A DNA stretch of 32,675 nucleotides from a virus (lineage: Duplodnaviria; Caudoviricetes), in IMG/VR virus record IMGVR_UViG_3300043400_000063, positions 1-32,675 of that record, one strand, 5' to 3'. Every line of letters starts with the position of its first letter. Within the stretch, counting starts at the first letter, position 1. The translations under genes and the position numbers were made by a program. Positions 16,227 to 25,866 of the stretch are shown here, one piece after another. The notes under the pieces are model-generated. The model was not told the DNA's origin, did no database searches, and was given only the letters and a program-made list of their open reading frames with translations.

Positions 16227-18499
16227 TGAGTAATTTACCTATCAATTGGCAGGACAAAGTAAATAGTCCAGAATTACTGGCTTATTTACAGCAGTTTGGA
16301 GAAAAGAGTTATCTCTCCGCTGAGGAAATTAACCAGTTGCGTGATGCTATAAATGAATTAGGTCAAGGCAGTCTTCCTGATGCCGTATTGAAAAGCGGTA
16401 CTATATCTATTACAGGATTAGCCGTAAACATTGCCGCCAATGCTTTTGCATGGCGCATCAATCAACAAGAATTTTTAACTCCTGCTGCTTATGGAGTGAA
16501 TCTTACAGCTGCAGCAGATGGTTATTATCGCGCTGATATTATTGTAGGTACCAGCACTGGAACCTATCAAGTGATACAAGGAAATCCGAGCACGACCTCT
16601 GCCATAGAACCGGATGCCCCAGACGGAACCATTCGATTGGCTGGAGTGGTAGTTTTTGGTTTGGTGGTTGGAACTCCAACACCAACGCCTACTACAAACT
16701 TTGTCGAAAAATCCGAGCGCGCCAACGTCATCCTAACAGGCTCAGGCGTAATCAATATGCTGACCTTGGCAGACGAAAAAGCCACCGTAGTATTCAAAGG
16801 ATCCGTTACTAGGTTGAACACAATCACCTATCCAAACATTCCGTACAACGGCAAGCGAATCACGCTATTCAATGCCCAAAACACACCTGTAACCATAGGT
16901 AATGCCGTAAGTGGTTATGCTGTAGATTTCATTTTCCCTGACGGTCAGGATTATGTGTTGCAACCGAATCAAACCATTGAGTTTTCTTTTGATATGACTT
17001 ATGCGCCTTACGCGCATCATATGTATATTGGGAATGTAGCAAAAAAAACTACCAACGTAACAACTGAACCAAGTATAACCAAAACACTTGCTGCGACAGA
17101 TGAACATGTTTTGTTTACCAATGCCAATGCGGTAACGTTTACCATTCCTACCAATGCGAGTGTGCCGATACCTGTAGGAACCAAAGTACGATACACTCAG
17201 CAAGGAGATGGAATAGTAAGTGTGGCGGGTGCAGGAATTACGTTTGTGACCAATTTACCTCTAGCAATGGTGAAAGGTGAAACTAGGATTTTGACTAAGA
17301 TTGGTACGGATACTTGGACTGTTGAGGGGAATATTCCCGATGTCGCAAAACAAAGCTATACTGTTTTTGTTGATATAACAAACGGCAATGATGCTAATGG
17401 AATCTTCGAGAACAAGTCAAAGCCATTTAAAAATCTAGATAACGCGCTAGCATCATTGCCTGCAGATAATGGAAAATCTTGGATGATAGTTTTTTTATCT
17501 TCTGGAAATTACCCTTGCAGTTCTTTTCCGAATAGAAATTTAGAATTTGATTCTGATTATTTAGTAGATATTGATTTTACAAATTCACCTTTGGATTATG
17601 TTGCATTGGGTGTTGCTAAATTTTATAGATTCTATAGTGGCAAAATATCCTTGAAATCACAGAAAATTACTTTTCAGCAGTTTTCAGTAGGAAATGTGCC
17701 TATAAATGGAGCCTCTATAGAGGGGCATATTAATGAAATAAAGTGGGAATGCCCATCTTCTTCTGCTGCTAGGACATTACTACATATTGACCAATTTAAT
17801 GGAGTTTCTTTAAAAATTAATAAATTAAATACGTATACAACAAACGTAGCTGGTTCTGTACTATCATTTAGCACTACAAATGGGAATGGGTTATATAATA
17901 CAATAGAAATATTGGAATATGTGAGTAGTAAAAATATTGCTTTACTTTCAAGAATTTCTACTTCTGGTAACGCTTTTCAAAATTTAATTATTAGGAACAT
18001 CGTAGGAAATAGTAATCTTAGTTTTAATTCAATTGATACTATACTTTTTTTAAAAGCATCAGGAACTGGCAATGTAACATTTGGTTCAGTTAACACTGTG
18101 AAGTTTGATAATACACCATCTACAGCTAATTTCAATTTTAGCAATGTAGGAATCGTGACAGGTAATTTAATTTCTAACAACTACAACGGAGGAAACGTTG
18201 GAACTGCTCAATTGTTTTTAAATTTTTCTGGAAAATTAAACGATTTGCGACATTACTCATCTTTAGTTTGCCGATTTGTAAATTGTTCTATAGAGTCTAA
18301 TACAGTACTTTTTCAAAATTTGGACACCACGAATTTAGACGGACGTTTTGTGTTTGAGAATTGCATATTAAAGCAAGTTACCGTTGGTAATATTATAACA
18401 GGTAACGCATCAACTATTCATGTTTTTGGAACATTAAAAACAAATCAAGTGTTGACAACTACTTTAACAGTAACAAGTAAAACTACTAATTCATACTAA
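16226..18499 (+). CDS. Probable tail fibre/spike (receptor-binding protein)
   Basis: 757 aa. SAEEINQLRDAIN N-terminus, PT linker, FVDITNGNDANG...KPFKNLDNAL motif that typically opens right-handed beta-helices, Asn/Ser/Thr-rich C-terminus. Confidence 0.75.
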   Translation: MSNLPINWQDKVNSPELLAYLQQFGEKSYLSAEEINQLRDAINELGQGSLPDAVLKSGTISITGLAVNIAANAFAWRINQQEFLTPAAYGVNLTAAADGYYRADIIVGTSTGTYQVIQGNPSTTSAIEPDAPDGTIRLAGVVVFGLVVGTPTPTPTTNFVEKSERANVILTGSGVINMLTLADEKATVVFKGSVTRLNTITYPNIPYNGKRITLFNAQNTPVTIGNAVSGYAVDFIFPDGQDYVLQPNQTIEFSFDMTYAPYAHHMYIGNVAKKTTNVTTEPSITKTLAATDEHVLFTNANAVTFTIPTNASVPIPVGTKVRYTQQGDGIVSVAGAGITFVTNLPLAMVKGETRILTKIGTDTWTVEGNIPDVAKQSYTVFVDITNGNDANGIFENKSKPFKNLDNALASLPADNGKSWMIVFLSSGNYPCSSFPNRNLEFDSDYLVDIDFTNSPLDYVALGVAKFYRFYSGKISLKSQKITFQQFSVGNVPINGASIEGHINEIKWECPSSSAARTLLHIDQFNGVSLKINKLNTYTTNVAGSVLSFSTTNGNGLYNTIEILEYVSSKNIALLSRISTSGNAFQNLIIRNIVGNSNLSFNSIDTILFLKASGTGNVTFGSVNTVKFDNTPSTANFNFSNVGIVTGNLISNNYNGGNVGTAQLFLNFSGKLNDLRHYSSLVCRFVNCSIESNTVLFQNLDTTNLDGRFVFENCILKQVTVGNIITGNASTIHVFGTLKTNQVLTTTLTVTSKTTNSY

Positions 18500-18500
18500 A

Positions 18501-18992
18501 ATGAAACTAACAGCACCCATTTACAAGAGCCCAATACTTACCGAAGGAAAATTCGAAAATGTATTTATAGAAGAAACGGCAATCACGCTAAAGCGTAAGG
18601 ATTCTTATTTAAAGATTGATTTTGATATGTATATAGAAAAAGACAATCAAATCATCGTGTTGGATAAATCAAGTATTGCTTTTCAAGGTATGAATTCAGA
18701 CAGTAATTCTACAAACAGAAAATCTACTTTTTTGTTTTTGAATGATTCAGAAGAACAAGAGCCTAGAGGGTTAATTGATTACATAATGACAAACCAAGGA
18801 GCATACCCAGAGAACTACAAAATGGTTGACTGGGGTTATCCAAGCTATGAAGATGCTTTGACATTTTTGAGCGGTGGTTCTTTTCAGAATCCAGAACTGC
18901 AACCTATCAATGAATTTGTCAAAGCTTGGATTATGAATACTGTAATCATGAAAGGTGAATATATTGGTGTTCAATTTCAATTTATAGAGTAA
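18501..18992 (+). CDS. Hypothetical protein (possible fibre chaperone)
   Basis: 163 aa, immediately after the fibre gene. Confidence 0.6.
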   Translation: MKLTAPIYKSPILTEGKFENVFIEETAITLKRKDSYLKIDFDMYIEKDNQIIVLDKSSIAFQGMNSDSNSTNRKSTFLFLNDSEEQEPRGLIDYIMTNQGAYPENYKMVDWGYPSYEDALTFLSGGSFQNPELQPINEFVKAWIMNTVIMKGEYIGVQFQFIE

Positions 18993-19312
18993 TGCTAGGT
19001 TTTCTGTTATTCATAATCGCCTACTTGCTATACCTGCCTCTCACGCTAATCAATTTCGTGTTAGTTAGAGATAAAGGTTACTTCCGTGATTCAGCAATTA
19101 CTTTAGACAAGCTAGCCAACAGAGAATTTCGAACCCTTTGGAATAAAACGCTAATCACTTGGGATGGTTATGATTTTGGCAATGTCAATGAAACGATTTC
19201 AAGTGTATTAGGTAAAAACATCCAAAATGAAACTTTAACTAAAACTGGGAAAGTCCTTGTTTTTGTCTTAACTAAAAAGCATTGTCTCGATGCTATAGAT
19301 TGGAACGTATAA
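18992..19312 (+). CDS. Conserved phage membrane protein
   Basis: N-terminal TM. D..AN...FGN.NETISSVLGK...HC motif. Confidence 0.7.
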   Translation: MLGFLLFIIAYLLYLPLTLINFVLVRDKGYFRDSAITLDKLANREFRTLWNKTLITWDGYDFGNVNETISSVLGKNIQNETLTKTGKVLVFVLTKKHCLDAIDWNV

Positions 19313-19321
19313 TAAATAATT

Positions 19322-19885
19322 ATGGCAATAGTCCCTTTAGTAATTCGTCCGCATTTGGTGCCGTTCTTTTTTAAGGAAAGTGATGGCAAAGAGGCTGCTT
19401 ATGGCAATAAGAAAGTGAAGTCGGTTTTGTTTTCTGGAACGGCTAGTTCCGTGGGTAGAATCATTCGTTTGCTAATGGTAAAAACGGGAATGCCTCTTAA
19501 TGTTTCTCATTTCAATTTGTTTTTGACTGTTGCCGATGGTACGAGCTCGAATCGTTACAAAGGCGAATTCTACAAATTTGAAAATGGATACAATAGTTTC
19601 TTAAAACTTCCGGAGGAAGCGAATGATGATATCAACGATTTTTTGGAGGATATGTTTAGAATGTCTTTCATTTCGTATATGAATGGGTGTGTTGAAAGTA
19701 ACGGAGAAGCTTCTATTGTGGCGGCTATAAATAAGTTTATAGACAAATATGATTTGTTGGAATTTGGCTTTAGTACGGACACACTCAGGCGGTTATATTA
19801 TCGGGAGAAAAAACAAAACCAAATAGTTTATCGGTTTCAAATAGGAAAGCCCAATCAAGTAATGAACAAAGTCGTATCGATGTAG
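19322..19885 (+). CDS. Hypothetical protein, possible transcription regulator
   Basis: 187 aa. C-terminal AAINKFIDKYDL...STDTLRRLYYR looks HTH-like. Confidence 0.55.
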   Translation: MAIVPLVIRPHLVPFFFKESDGKEAAYGNKKVKSVLFSGTASSVGRIIRLLMVKTGMPLNVSHFNLFLTVADGTSSNRYKGEFYKFENGYNSFLKLPEEANDDINDFLEDMFRMSFISYMNGCVESNGEASIVAAINKFIDKYDLLEFGFSTDTLRRLYYREKKQNQIVYRFQIGKPNQVMNKVVSM

Positions 19886-19899
19886 ATACGGCTTTTTTT
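19868..19899 (+). terminator. Intrinsic terminator
   Basis: AAAGTCGTATC-gatgta-GATACGGCTTTTTTT. Confidence 0.7.
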
Positions 19900-19901
19900 A
19901 T

Positions 19902-19936
19902 GTCACAGTGTTTTTTTTAGCAAGGAAATATATTTG
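19902..19936 (+). promoter_or_regulatory. Putative late promoter 1 (lysis)
   Basis: GTCACA-N21-TATATTTG. Confidence 0.65.
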
Positions 19937-19954
19937 TTAAAAATCCTACTATTT

Positions 19955-20383
19955 ATGAAAACATTAGTATTAATACTGGCTTCACTAGCTACATTTTTAA
20001 TCCCGATACATGGTTTATTACTTTTGATGATCTTGTTTATTGTTACCGATACTGTTTTCGGAATATACTCGACAGTAAAACGAAAAGGATGGAAGTCTTT
20101 TAAAAGCACCAAACTTTTTAACTTGGTGGTTAAAAGCTTTTTTTACCTATTTTCTATCGTTTTAGCTTTTTTAGTTGATAAACATGTGTTTCAATCCAAT
20201 CTTTTTGGGGTGGCTTATTTTGCGTCTAAATCAATGTCGTTGGTTTGGATCTATATAGAAATAAAATCTATTGACGAAACTAGTGTTGGTTTGGGTAATC
20301 GCTCGATTTGGGTCATACTTAAAGAAATGATTGCTAAGGCTGCGGAATTTAAAAAAGACTTAAAAAGTGTAGACAATGAGTAG
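19955..20383 (+). CDS. Holin
   Basis: Several TM helices. DTVFG and EIKSIDE motifs of the phage holin 4 type. Overlaps the endolysin. Confidence 0.8.
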   Translation: MKTLVLILASLATFLIPIHGLLLLMILFIVTDTVFGIYSTVKRKGWKSFKSTKLFNLVVKSFFYLFSIVLAFLVDKHVFQSNLFGVAYFASKSMSLVWIYIEIKSIDETSVGLGNRSIWVILKEMIAKAAEFKKDLKSVDNE

Positions 20384-20903
20384 AGCAAAAAACATTCGTT
20401 ACATAGTGGTGCACTGCCAAGCAGGACACGGAACGTTACAAAGTATGCAAGCATTTTGGAAGGATTCTTTAGGTTGGAATTCTCCTGGATACAACACTTG
20501 GATAGATTATGATGGTACTCCGCATAAACTTTCGGATTACAATACGCCTACCAATGGTGTAAAAGGGTTTAATTCTCAAATATTAAACGTGTGTTATCGA
20601 GGTGGTGTTTTGCACGAAAATGTAAAACAAGCAGCTGATACAAGAACACAAGCGCAAAAGAACGCTTTACTGCAAGAAATTATGTCAATGATGAATTGGC
20701 TATACGAAAACGGTAATGATTTGCAAAATGTGATGATTATTGGTCATTATCATTTTTCGAATGATAAGAACAAAAATGGCGTGATTGAGTCTTGGGAACG
20801 TATCAAGGAATGTCCTTCGTTTGATGCCTACAAAGAATACGAGGATTTGATGATGAAAGAGAATCCGATGTATCATAAACTGAAATTACCTAGAAATCGA
20901 TAA
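20376..20903 (+). CDS. Endolysin, N-acetylmuramoyl-L-alanine amidase (T7 lysozyme-like)
   Basis: IVVHC, GW..PGY, IIGH, KECPSFD zinc-amidase motifs. Confidence 0.9.
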   Translation: MSRAKNIRYIVVHCQAGHGTLQSMQAFWKDSLGWNSPGYNTWIDYDGTPHKLSDYNTPTNGVKGFNSQILNVCYRGGVLHENVKQAADTRTQAQKNALLQEIMSMMNWLYENGNDLQNVMIIGHYHFSNDKNKNGVIESWERIKECPSFDAYKEYEDLMMKENPMYHKLKLPRNR

Positions 20904-20905
20904 CT

Positions 20906-21085
20906 ATGGCAACAATTGTAATTGGTAAAGGTCCGGTGTTTCGACATGAGAATGGTATGGTTTCTTTTAGTGAGCCACCGATAGTTTTTAATGCGGAAGT
21001 TGAAATACAAAAAACAGAAGCAGTAAACGAAAATGTTTCTTTTAACCATAGTTTTTCATTCGAACTAGAAAAATCCACTAACTGA
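20906..21085 (+). CDS. Hypothetical protein (59 aa, not in ORF track)
   Basis: MATIVIGKGPVF...EKSTN. TGATG overlap with the next ORF. Confidence 0.55.
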   Translation: MATIVIGKGPVFRHENGMVSFSEPPIVFNAEVEIQKTEAVNENVSFNHSFSFELEKSTN

Positions 21086-21321
21086 TGGAAGTCGCAGAAA
21101 TGGTTTGTTACTATGGGCGTTCTGTGTCCTTAGAAAAGGCAAAAGAATTTGTCGCTAGTCAGTTGAATACAGGTGCTATTGTTGGTGAGGTGAAAATGAT
21201 TTATGAAAAACGAGATGAAGCTCCAGAGGAAGGGATTTACATTACTCCTGATAAAAACAAAATGAAAGAAAGGGGTTTAGACTTAATAAATAGAAATAAA
21301 CCATGGAAAAAGAAACGCTAA
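21085..21321 (+). CDS. Hypothetical protein
   Basis: 78-aa coupled ORF. Confidence 0.55.
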   Translation: MEVAEMVCYYGRSVSLEKAKEFVASQLNTGAIVGEVKMIYEKRDEAPEEGIYITPDKNKMKERGLDLINRNKPWKKKR

Positions 21322-21767
21322 AAGCGATTTTGTTTTGGGTACTAGTTTTGTGTATTGCTATATCGTTCAATGGTTGTGGTACTCGCAAAGTAACTACAAG
21401 TGTGGCAACAATGGAACAAAAGGAATTGGTGACCAATCAAAGTGCTTTGACTTTTGAACTAGACAATAGACGCTACGTCTATACGGCTACCGATGATGTA
21501 GAACTGGTTCCGGTAGATAACAGCAAGCCTATGATTGTAAACGGAAAAAGCTATTGGAATGCCAAATTCAAGCGAAGCAAGTCACAAACAACCGACAGCA
21601 GTAAAGTGGCAATAAAGAGCCAAGACAAAAGCAAGTCAGTGTCTCAAAAACAAATCAGTGCCAAAACCAAAGACAAGAAAACCGATAGAGAGACCTATTG
21701 GGGATTGATTGTAGGTGCTATCGTATTTGGAATTTTATTCATTTACTTAAAGCGAAACTTTAAGTAA
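21303..21767 (+). CDS. Lipoprotein with C-terminal TM, probable unimolecular spanin
   Basis: Signal peptide with lipobox SFNG-C, C-terminal WGLIVGAIVFGILFIYLKR, in the lysis module. Confidence 0.7.
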   Translation: MEKETLKAILFWVLVLCIAISFNGCGTRKVTTSVATMEQKELVTNQSALTFELDNRRYVYTATDDVELVPVDNSKPMIVNGKSYWNAKFKRSKSQTTDSSKVAIKSQDKSKSVSQKQISAKTKDKKTDRETYWGLIVGAIVFGILFIYLKRNFK

Positions 21768-21777
21768 AAAATAATAC

Positions 21778-21812
21778 GTCACACCTTGTTTTATTAAATA
21801 AAATCACCTTCG
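21778..21812 (+). promoter_or_regulatory. Putative late promoter 2 (head genes)
   Basis: GTCACA-N21-CACCTTCG. Confidence 0.65.
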
Positions 21813-21826
21813 TAAAAAAATAGATC

Positions 21827-22699
21827 ATGCAAGTAAACAAACTCTTAATGGATATCATGCGTTCCGAATGGCTTATGTCGTTTGAAGGCTTGACCGCTTA
21901 CGCTCCTATTGCTCACAATATTATTACAGGCAAAAGCGTGGATATTGGTAATAAGACAAGCGCAATCATTACTGTTTTGGACGATAACGGCAAAAAGGTA
22001 CAGAAAGACGAAAACAATAAAATGATTGTTCCTGCGGGTTCTGTGGCGGTTATTGATATGATAGGCCCTGTAATTAAATACGGTGACTTCTGCACATACG
22101 GAGCTGATGAAATAGTAAACGCCTTGAAAATGGCAGATGCTAACCCAAACATCATTGGAACCGTGTTTAATGTAGATGGTCCAGGGGGAAGTGTTTCGGC
22201 AATAGGTCCTTTTATGGATTTTGGTGCCAACAAAAAGAAGCCTGTGATTGCATTAGCAGACCAAGCTTGTTCTTTACACTATTGGTCTATGTGCGCGGTA
22301 GCCGATTATAAAATGGCTGACAACAATGTTTCTGCTCAATTTGGGAGCGTTGGTGTAGTGTCTTCTTTTGCGGACAATCGTAAGTATTTGGAAAACTTAG
22401 GATATGTATTCCATGAAATTTATCCAAAAGAAAGTCAGCACAAGAACGAAGCATTTCGTTTGGCTATGGATGGGAAATACGATATGATTAAAGAAGAGCA
22501 CCTCTCTCCTATTGCTATCAAGTTTCAAAATGCGGTGCGTGCTGCGTGTCCTAACCTAAAAGAAGAGTTAGGTGTATTGACTGGGAAAACCTTTAATGCA
22601 GAAAAAGCCGTAGAATACGGAATGATTGATGCCATAGGTTCTATGGACCAAGCTATTCAAAGGCTTCATGTAATGAGTGAACTGAACCACTATAAATAA
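21827..22699 (+). CDS. S49-family prohead protease
   Basis: VDGPGGSV, ACSLHYW, FGSVGV, AVEYGMIDAIG. Confidence 0.9.
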   Translation: MQVNKLLMDIMRSEWLMSFEGLTAYAPIAHNIITGKSVDIGNKTSAIITVLDDNGKKVQKDENNKMIVPAGSVAVIDMIGPVIKYGDFCTYGADEIVNALKMADANPNIIGTVFNVDGPGGSVSAIGPFMDFGANKKKPVIALADQACSLHYWSMCAVADYKMADNNVSAQFGSVGVVSSFADNRKYLENLGYVFHEIYPKESQHKNEAFRLAMDGKYDMIKEEHLSPIAIKFQNAVRAACPNLKEELGVLTGKTFNAEKAVEYGMIDAIGSMDQAIQRLHVMSELNHYK

Positions 22700-22726
22700 T
22701 TTTTAACCCTAAAACAAAAAAGTCCT

Positions 22727-24868
22727 ATGAAATGGAAAATTATGGCCAAAACAGTTGCGTTATTCTCTGCGCTGTTAGGAACTAAAGACATCCCGATTGA
22801 TGGAGAAGCGCAAACGCTAAATCTTAGCGCTGACCAACGCCAAAAAATTGTGGATGCTTTAGGAGAAGATTTAGCCGGTGAGGCTATTAATGGAATCAAT
22901 TCTGAAATTAAGAACATGGCGCAAGAAAACTTGAACCTGAAAGCAATTCAGGATGAAGTGGCCGCTATGGTTCGCTTATCAGCATTGACCGAAGAAGAAT
23001 TGAAAGACGTAGCTAAAGACGGGAATGGAGCCCCTGAAACGCTAGCGTTAGTGCAAGCTATTGCCAAGAAAAACAACGAGCAAGCTTCACAAATTCAAAA
23101 ATTACTTATGGACCCAGAAGGTGATGTGCCAAGCGCTATCATTCAAGGGAACGGCAAAAAAGTAATGCACTCGGCTTCGCATCTGTTTGGTTCTACCAAA
23201 GCTTATGATGCATTCGAGGAAAGAAACTGGAACGCAAGAGCTGCGGGATTGACTACGGCAGCTACTAACTTTACAGACCAACCAACTGTTCAGAAATTGA
23301 ACAATGACCTTGATTTGTATTTTAGAGAGAATCCAGAGGAATTAAAGTCATTGCATCGTGATAACTTTGGTTTGCCTGCTTTTTGGCAAAAAAGAACTAA
23401 AGTTGACGATAAAGTAGCCGATGCCACTATCGCTACTGCCGAAATCTCGCAAGCTAGAAAACTGCCTTGGTTGCCTAAAAACCGTCAGATTATCAAACCA
23501 GAAGAAGGACAAATTTTCCCAATTCAAATTGATATCGAGTACGTGGGCTACTTCTTGCAAAAGATTGAAGCAAGCTGGTTGAATATGATGAACAAAGAAG
23601 GTTCTCAACCTTACAAAACATCTTTCGTTCGTTTCTTAGTGTCAGAGATTGACAAAAAAGCACGCCAAGAGGATAGAATCGCTACTATCAAAGGGGTGTA
23701 TGTAGAAACTCCTGAAGATGCTACCACTCCAGGTAAGTTCATCAACCGTCAAAACGGATTATTGTACTTGGCTCAAAAAGCGAGAGACGTAGATTTCAAA
23801 TATCGTCCTTTCGATTTGGGTATGCCTACTCCTACCAATATTGTGGATTACGTTGACAACTTCATCAAGCAATTGCCTTATGACGTGCGTACACAACAAG
23901 GATTGGTATTGTACTTGTCTGATTTTTGGTTGAAAGCCTACAAACGTAGAAGCGAAACCTTGTTCGGAACCAATAACGATTACACAGGATATCCAACTAA
24001 TCCGAAAGACTACAACAATATCAAATTTGAGGTATTGGTAGATATGGAAGGTTCTGACTTTATGTTTATGACTTTTGATGATAACATCGAAATCTTAGAA
24101 AACATTCCTGCAGAAAAATCAATGTACCATTTTGAGTACTTGAAACGTATGATCTACATCTGGGCGGATTACAAAATGGGAGTTCGTTTCCTTCATATTG
24201 GAAACCCAGTTGTTGAAGGTGACCCGCTTGAATTCTCTGTACAAACTGTTTGGTCAAATACTGCTCCAGTATTCCCAAAAGATTTCTTTGTACCAGTGAA
24301 TGACGATGCCACAGGTAAAGTAAAAGTAGCCTTCAAAAACTTGTATGTTACTAAAGATTGGGCTACGGATATTACCGAGTTCACCAACACTACTCCCGGA
24401 ACGATCATCAAAATAAAAGGAGATACACAATTGGCCGCAACTAAAAATGTGGTTGATGGAGCTAAAGTTGATTTGGTGGGTAATGCAGCTTTCAACTTGA
24501 AATCAGGTGGAACGTTGACATTGTATGTGAACGCTGATGGAACTGTGAAAGAATTGAGCCGTACTACAGCTCCTGAAACGAATGTAGTGGCTGATGTGAA
24601 TTTTGATGCTGTTACTATAGATGCTAACCTTGGAAACGTTTTCCGTTTCAACGGTACAGCTACTAAAACAATCACAGCAATTCAAAATGGTGTAGAGGGC
24701 AAAACAATCAAAATTTATGGTACAGATACTACATCTGTAGACTTAATATTTGGTGATGCTCCGACTATCAATGTGGCTAGTGCAGCGACATTATTGGATG
24801 CAACTGACTACTTACAATTAACGTTGGTAGACGGTGTATGGGTGGAAACTGGAAGATTAATCTCTTAA
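22727..24868 (+). CDS. Probable major capsid protein with N-terminal scaffold-like and C-terminal beta extensions
   Basis: 713 aa after the protease. Helical N-terminus and NGLL motif. Codon usage looks like a highly expressed gene. Confidence 0.7.
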   Translation: MKWKIMAKTVALFSALLGTKDIPIDGEAQTLNLSADQRQKIVDALGEDLAGEAINGINSEIKNMAQENLNLKAIQDEVAAMVRLSALTEEELKDVAKDGNGAPETLALVQAIAKKNNEQASQIQKLLMDPEGDVPSAIIQGNGKKVMHSASHLFGSTKAYDAFEERNWNARAAGLTTAATNFTDQPTVQKLNNDLDLYFRENPEELKSLHRDNFGLPAFWQKRTKVDDKVADATIATAEISQARKLPWLPKNRQIIKPEEGQIFPIQIDIEYVGYFLQKIEASWLNMMNKEGSQPYKTSFVRFLVSEIDKKARQEDRIATIKGVYVETPEDATTPGKFINRQNGLLYLAQKARDVDFKYRPFDLGMPTPTNIVDYVDNFIKQLPYDVRTQQGLVLYLSDFWLKAYKRRSETLFGTNNDYTGYPTNPKDYNNIKFEVLVDMEGSDFMFMTFDDNIEILENIPAEKSMYHFEYLKRMIYIWADYKMGVRFLHIGNPVVEGDPLEFSVQTVWSNTAPVFPKDFFVPVNDDATGKVKVAFKNLYVTKDWATDITEFTNTTPGTIIKIKGDTQLAATKNVVDGAKVDLVGNAAFNLKSGGTLTLYVNADGTVKELSRTTAPETNVVADVNFDAVTIDANLGNVFRFNGTATKTITAIQNGVEGKTIKIYGTDTTSVDLIFGDAPTINVASAATLLDATDYLQLTLVDGVWVETGRLIS

Positions 24869-24879
24869 TATAAAGTACG

Positions 24880-25704
24880 ATGATATATATTAGAACAAAT
24901 GTAGTTAAACCCTTGGGCAAAAGTCCAGGGGCGGCTGCTCCAAAAGAGCCAAACGTTACTATCGTGGCGGTTGATGATATCCTTACTTGGCCAATGAGAG
25001 ACGACAAAGGTGTAAATATGCTCGGGTCGTTTGTAATGAAGGATAACGCTAAAATGATTAGCGTGTATATGACGCCTTCTAAAATCAAAGCAACTTTTGA
25101 AAGCGATGGTGACGAAGACTCCGTTTCTATTATGCAAAAGTTTGAAGCTGAAAGCCCGGGCAACGAATTAGAGTTGGCTGAGTTTGTACAAAACTGGATT
25201 GGTGTAAACGCAATTATCATTTATGGTAGCTGTGTGGATTCTTACCGTAAGGTAATGGGTACTAAATGCGCTCCAATGCAGCTGAAACCAAGTTTGCAAG
25301 ATGACAACGACGCTCGTAAGCACATGTTAGTCTTTGAACAATTTGCTAAATCAGGATATGTACCAGGACATTACACTGGAGCATTGAGTTTTGCTGCTCC
25401 TTTTGCGGTTGCCTCTGTAGGTGCTGTAACGGTAAATGAAGCCAATGGTAGAATTTATCAATTGCCTAGCTTGGCGGTAACAGCTCCAATTACGTTTGCA
25501 GCTATTACACTAGCTCACGGTGACACTATTACCTTGATTGGTGGTGGTGGTGCAGGTGCTGCAACATTAGCAACTGGTGTAGCTGATAAATCGGCATTAT
25601 TGATTAACGGTACTACTTGGACTGCTCTTCAAGGTGCTGTAATCAATTTGAAAGTTTTCAAAGCAGGCGCTCTAACATTGTTAGAAGAAGTCTCTAGAGG
25701 ATAA
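24880..25704 (+). CDS. Major structural protein, probable tail tube
   Basis: 274 aa, beta-rich, RKVMGT..PM motif, follows the capsid gene, ends at a terminator. Confidence 0.55.
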   Translation: MIYIRTNVVKPLGKSPGAAAPKEPNVTIVAVDDILTWPMRDDKGVNMLGSFVMKDNAKMISVYMTPSKIKATFESDGDEDSVSIMQKFEAESPGNELELAEFVQNWIGVNAIIIYGSCVDSYRKVMGTKCAPMQLKPSLQDDNDARKHMLVFEQFAKSGYVPGHYTGALSFAAPFAVASVGAVTVNEANGRIYQLPSLAVTAPITFAAITLAHGDTITLIGGGGAGAATLATGVADKSALLINGTTWTALQGAVINLKVFKAGALTLLEEVSRG

Positions 25705-25737
25705 TGTTTCGTTTTTTTATTGGTTTATTTAGTTAGG

Positions 25738-25766
25738 AAAAACCCCTTTTTATAAGGGGTTTTTTT
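25738..25766 (+). terminator. Intrinsic terminator
   Basis: AAAAACCCCTT-tttat-AAGGGGTTTTTTT. Confidence 0.8.
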
Positions 25767-25768
25767 AT

Positions 25769-25803
25769 GTCACACCAAAAAATATAGGTAATTACCAACT
25801 TTG
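25769..25803 (+). promoter_or_regulatory. Putative late promoter 3 (packaging operon)
   Basis: GTCACA-N21-CAACTTTG. Confidence 0.65.
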
Positions 25804-25845
25804 AAGTATTAAGTATTGAGTATTAAGTATTAAGTATTAAGGTTT
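25804..25845 (+). repeat. Heptamer tandem repeat (AAGTATT)x5-6
   Basis: aagtatt aagtatt gagtatt aagtatt aagtatt aaggttt. Confidence 0.85.
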
Positions 25846-25866
25846 AACTAATTAAAAACTTTGAAA

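Noticed and set aside
468-18499. Diversity-generating retroelement targeting tail genes
   Set aside because: No reverse transcriptase and no TR/VR-like repeat pair seen
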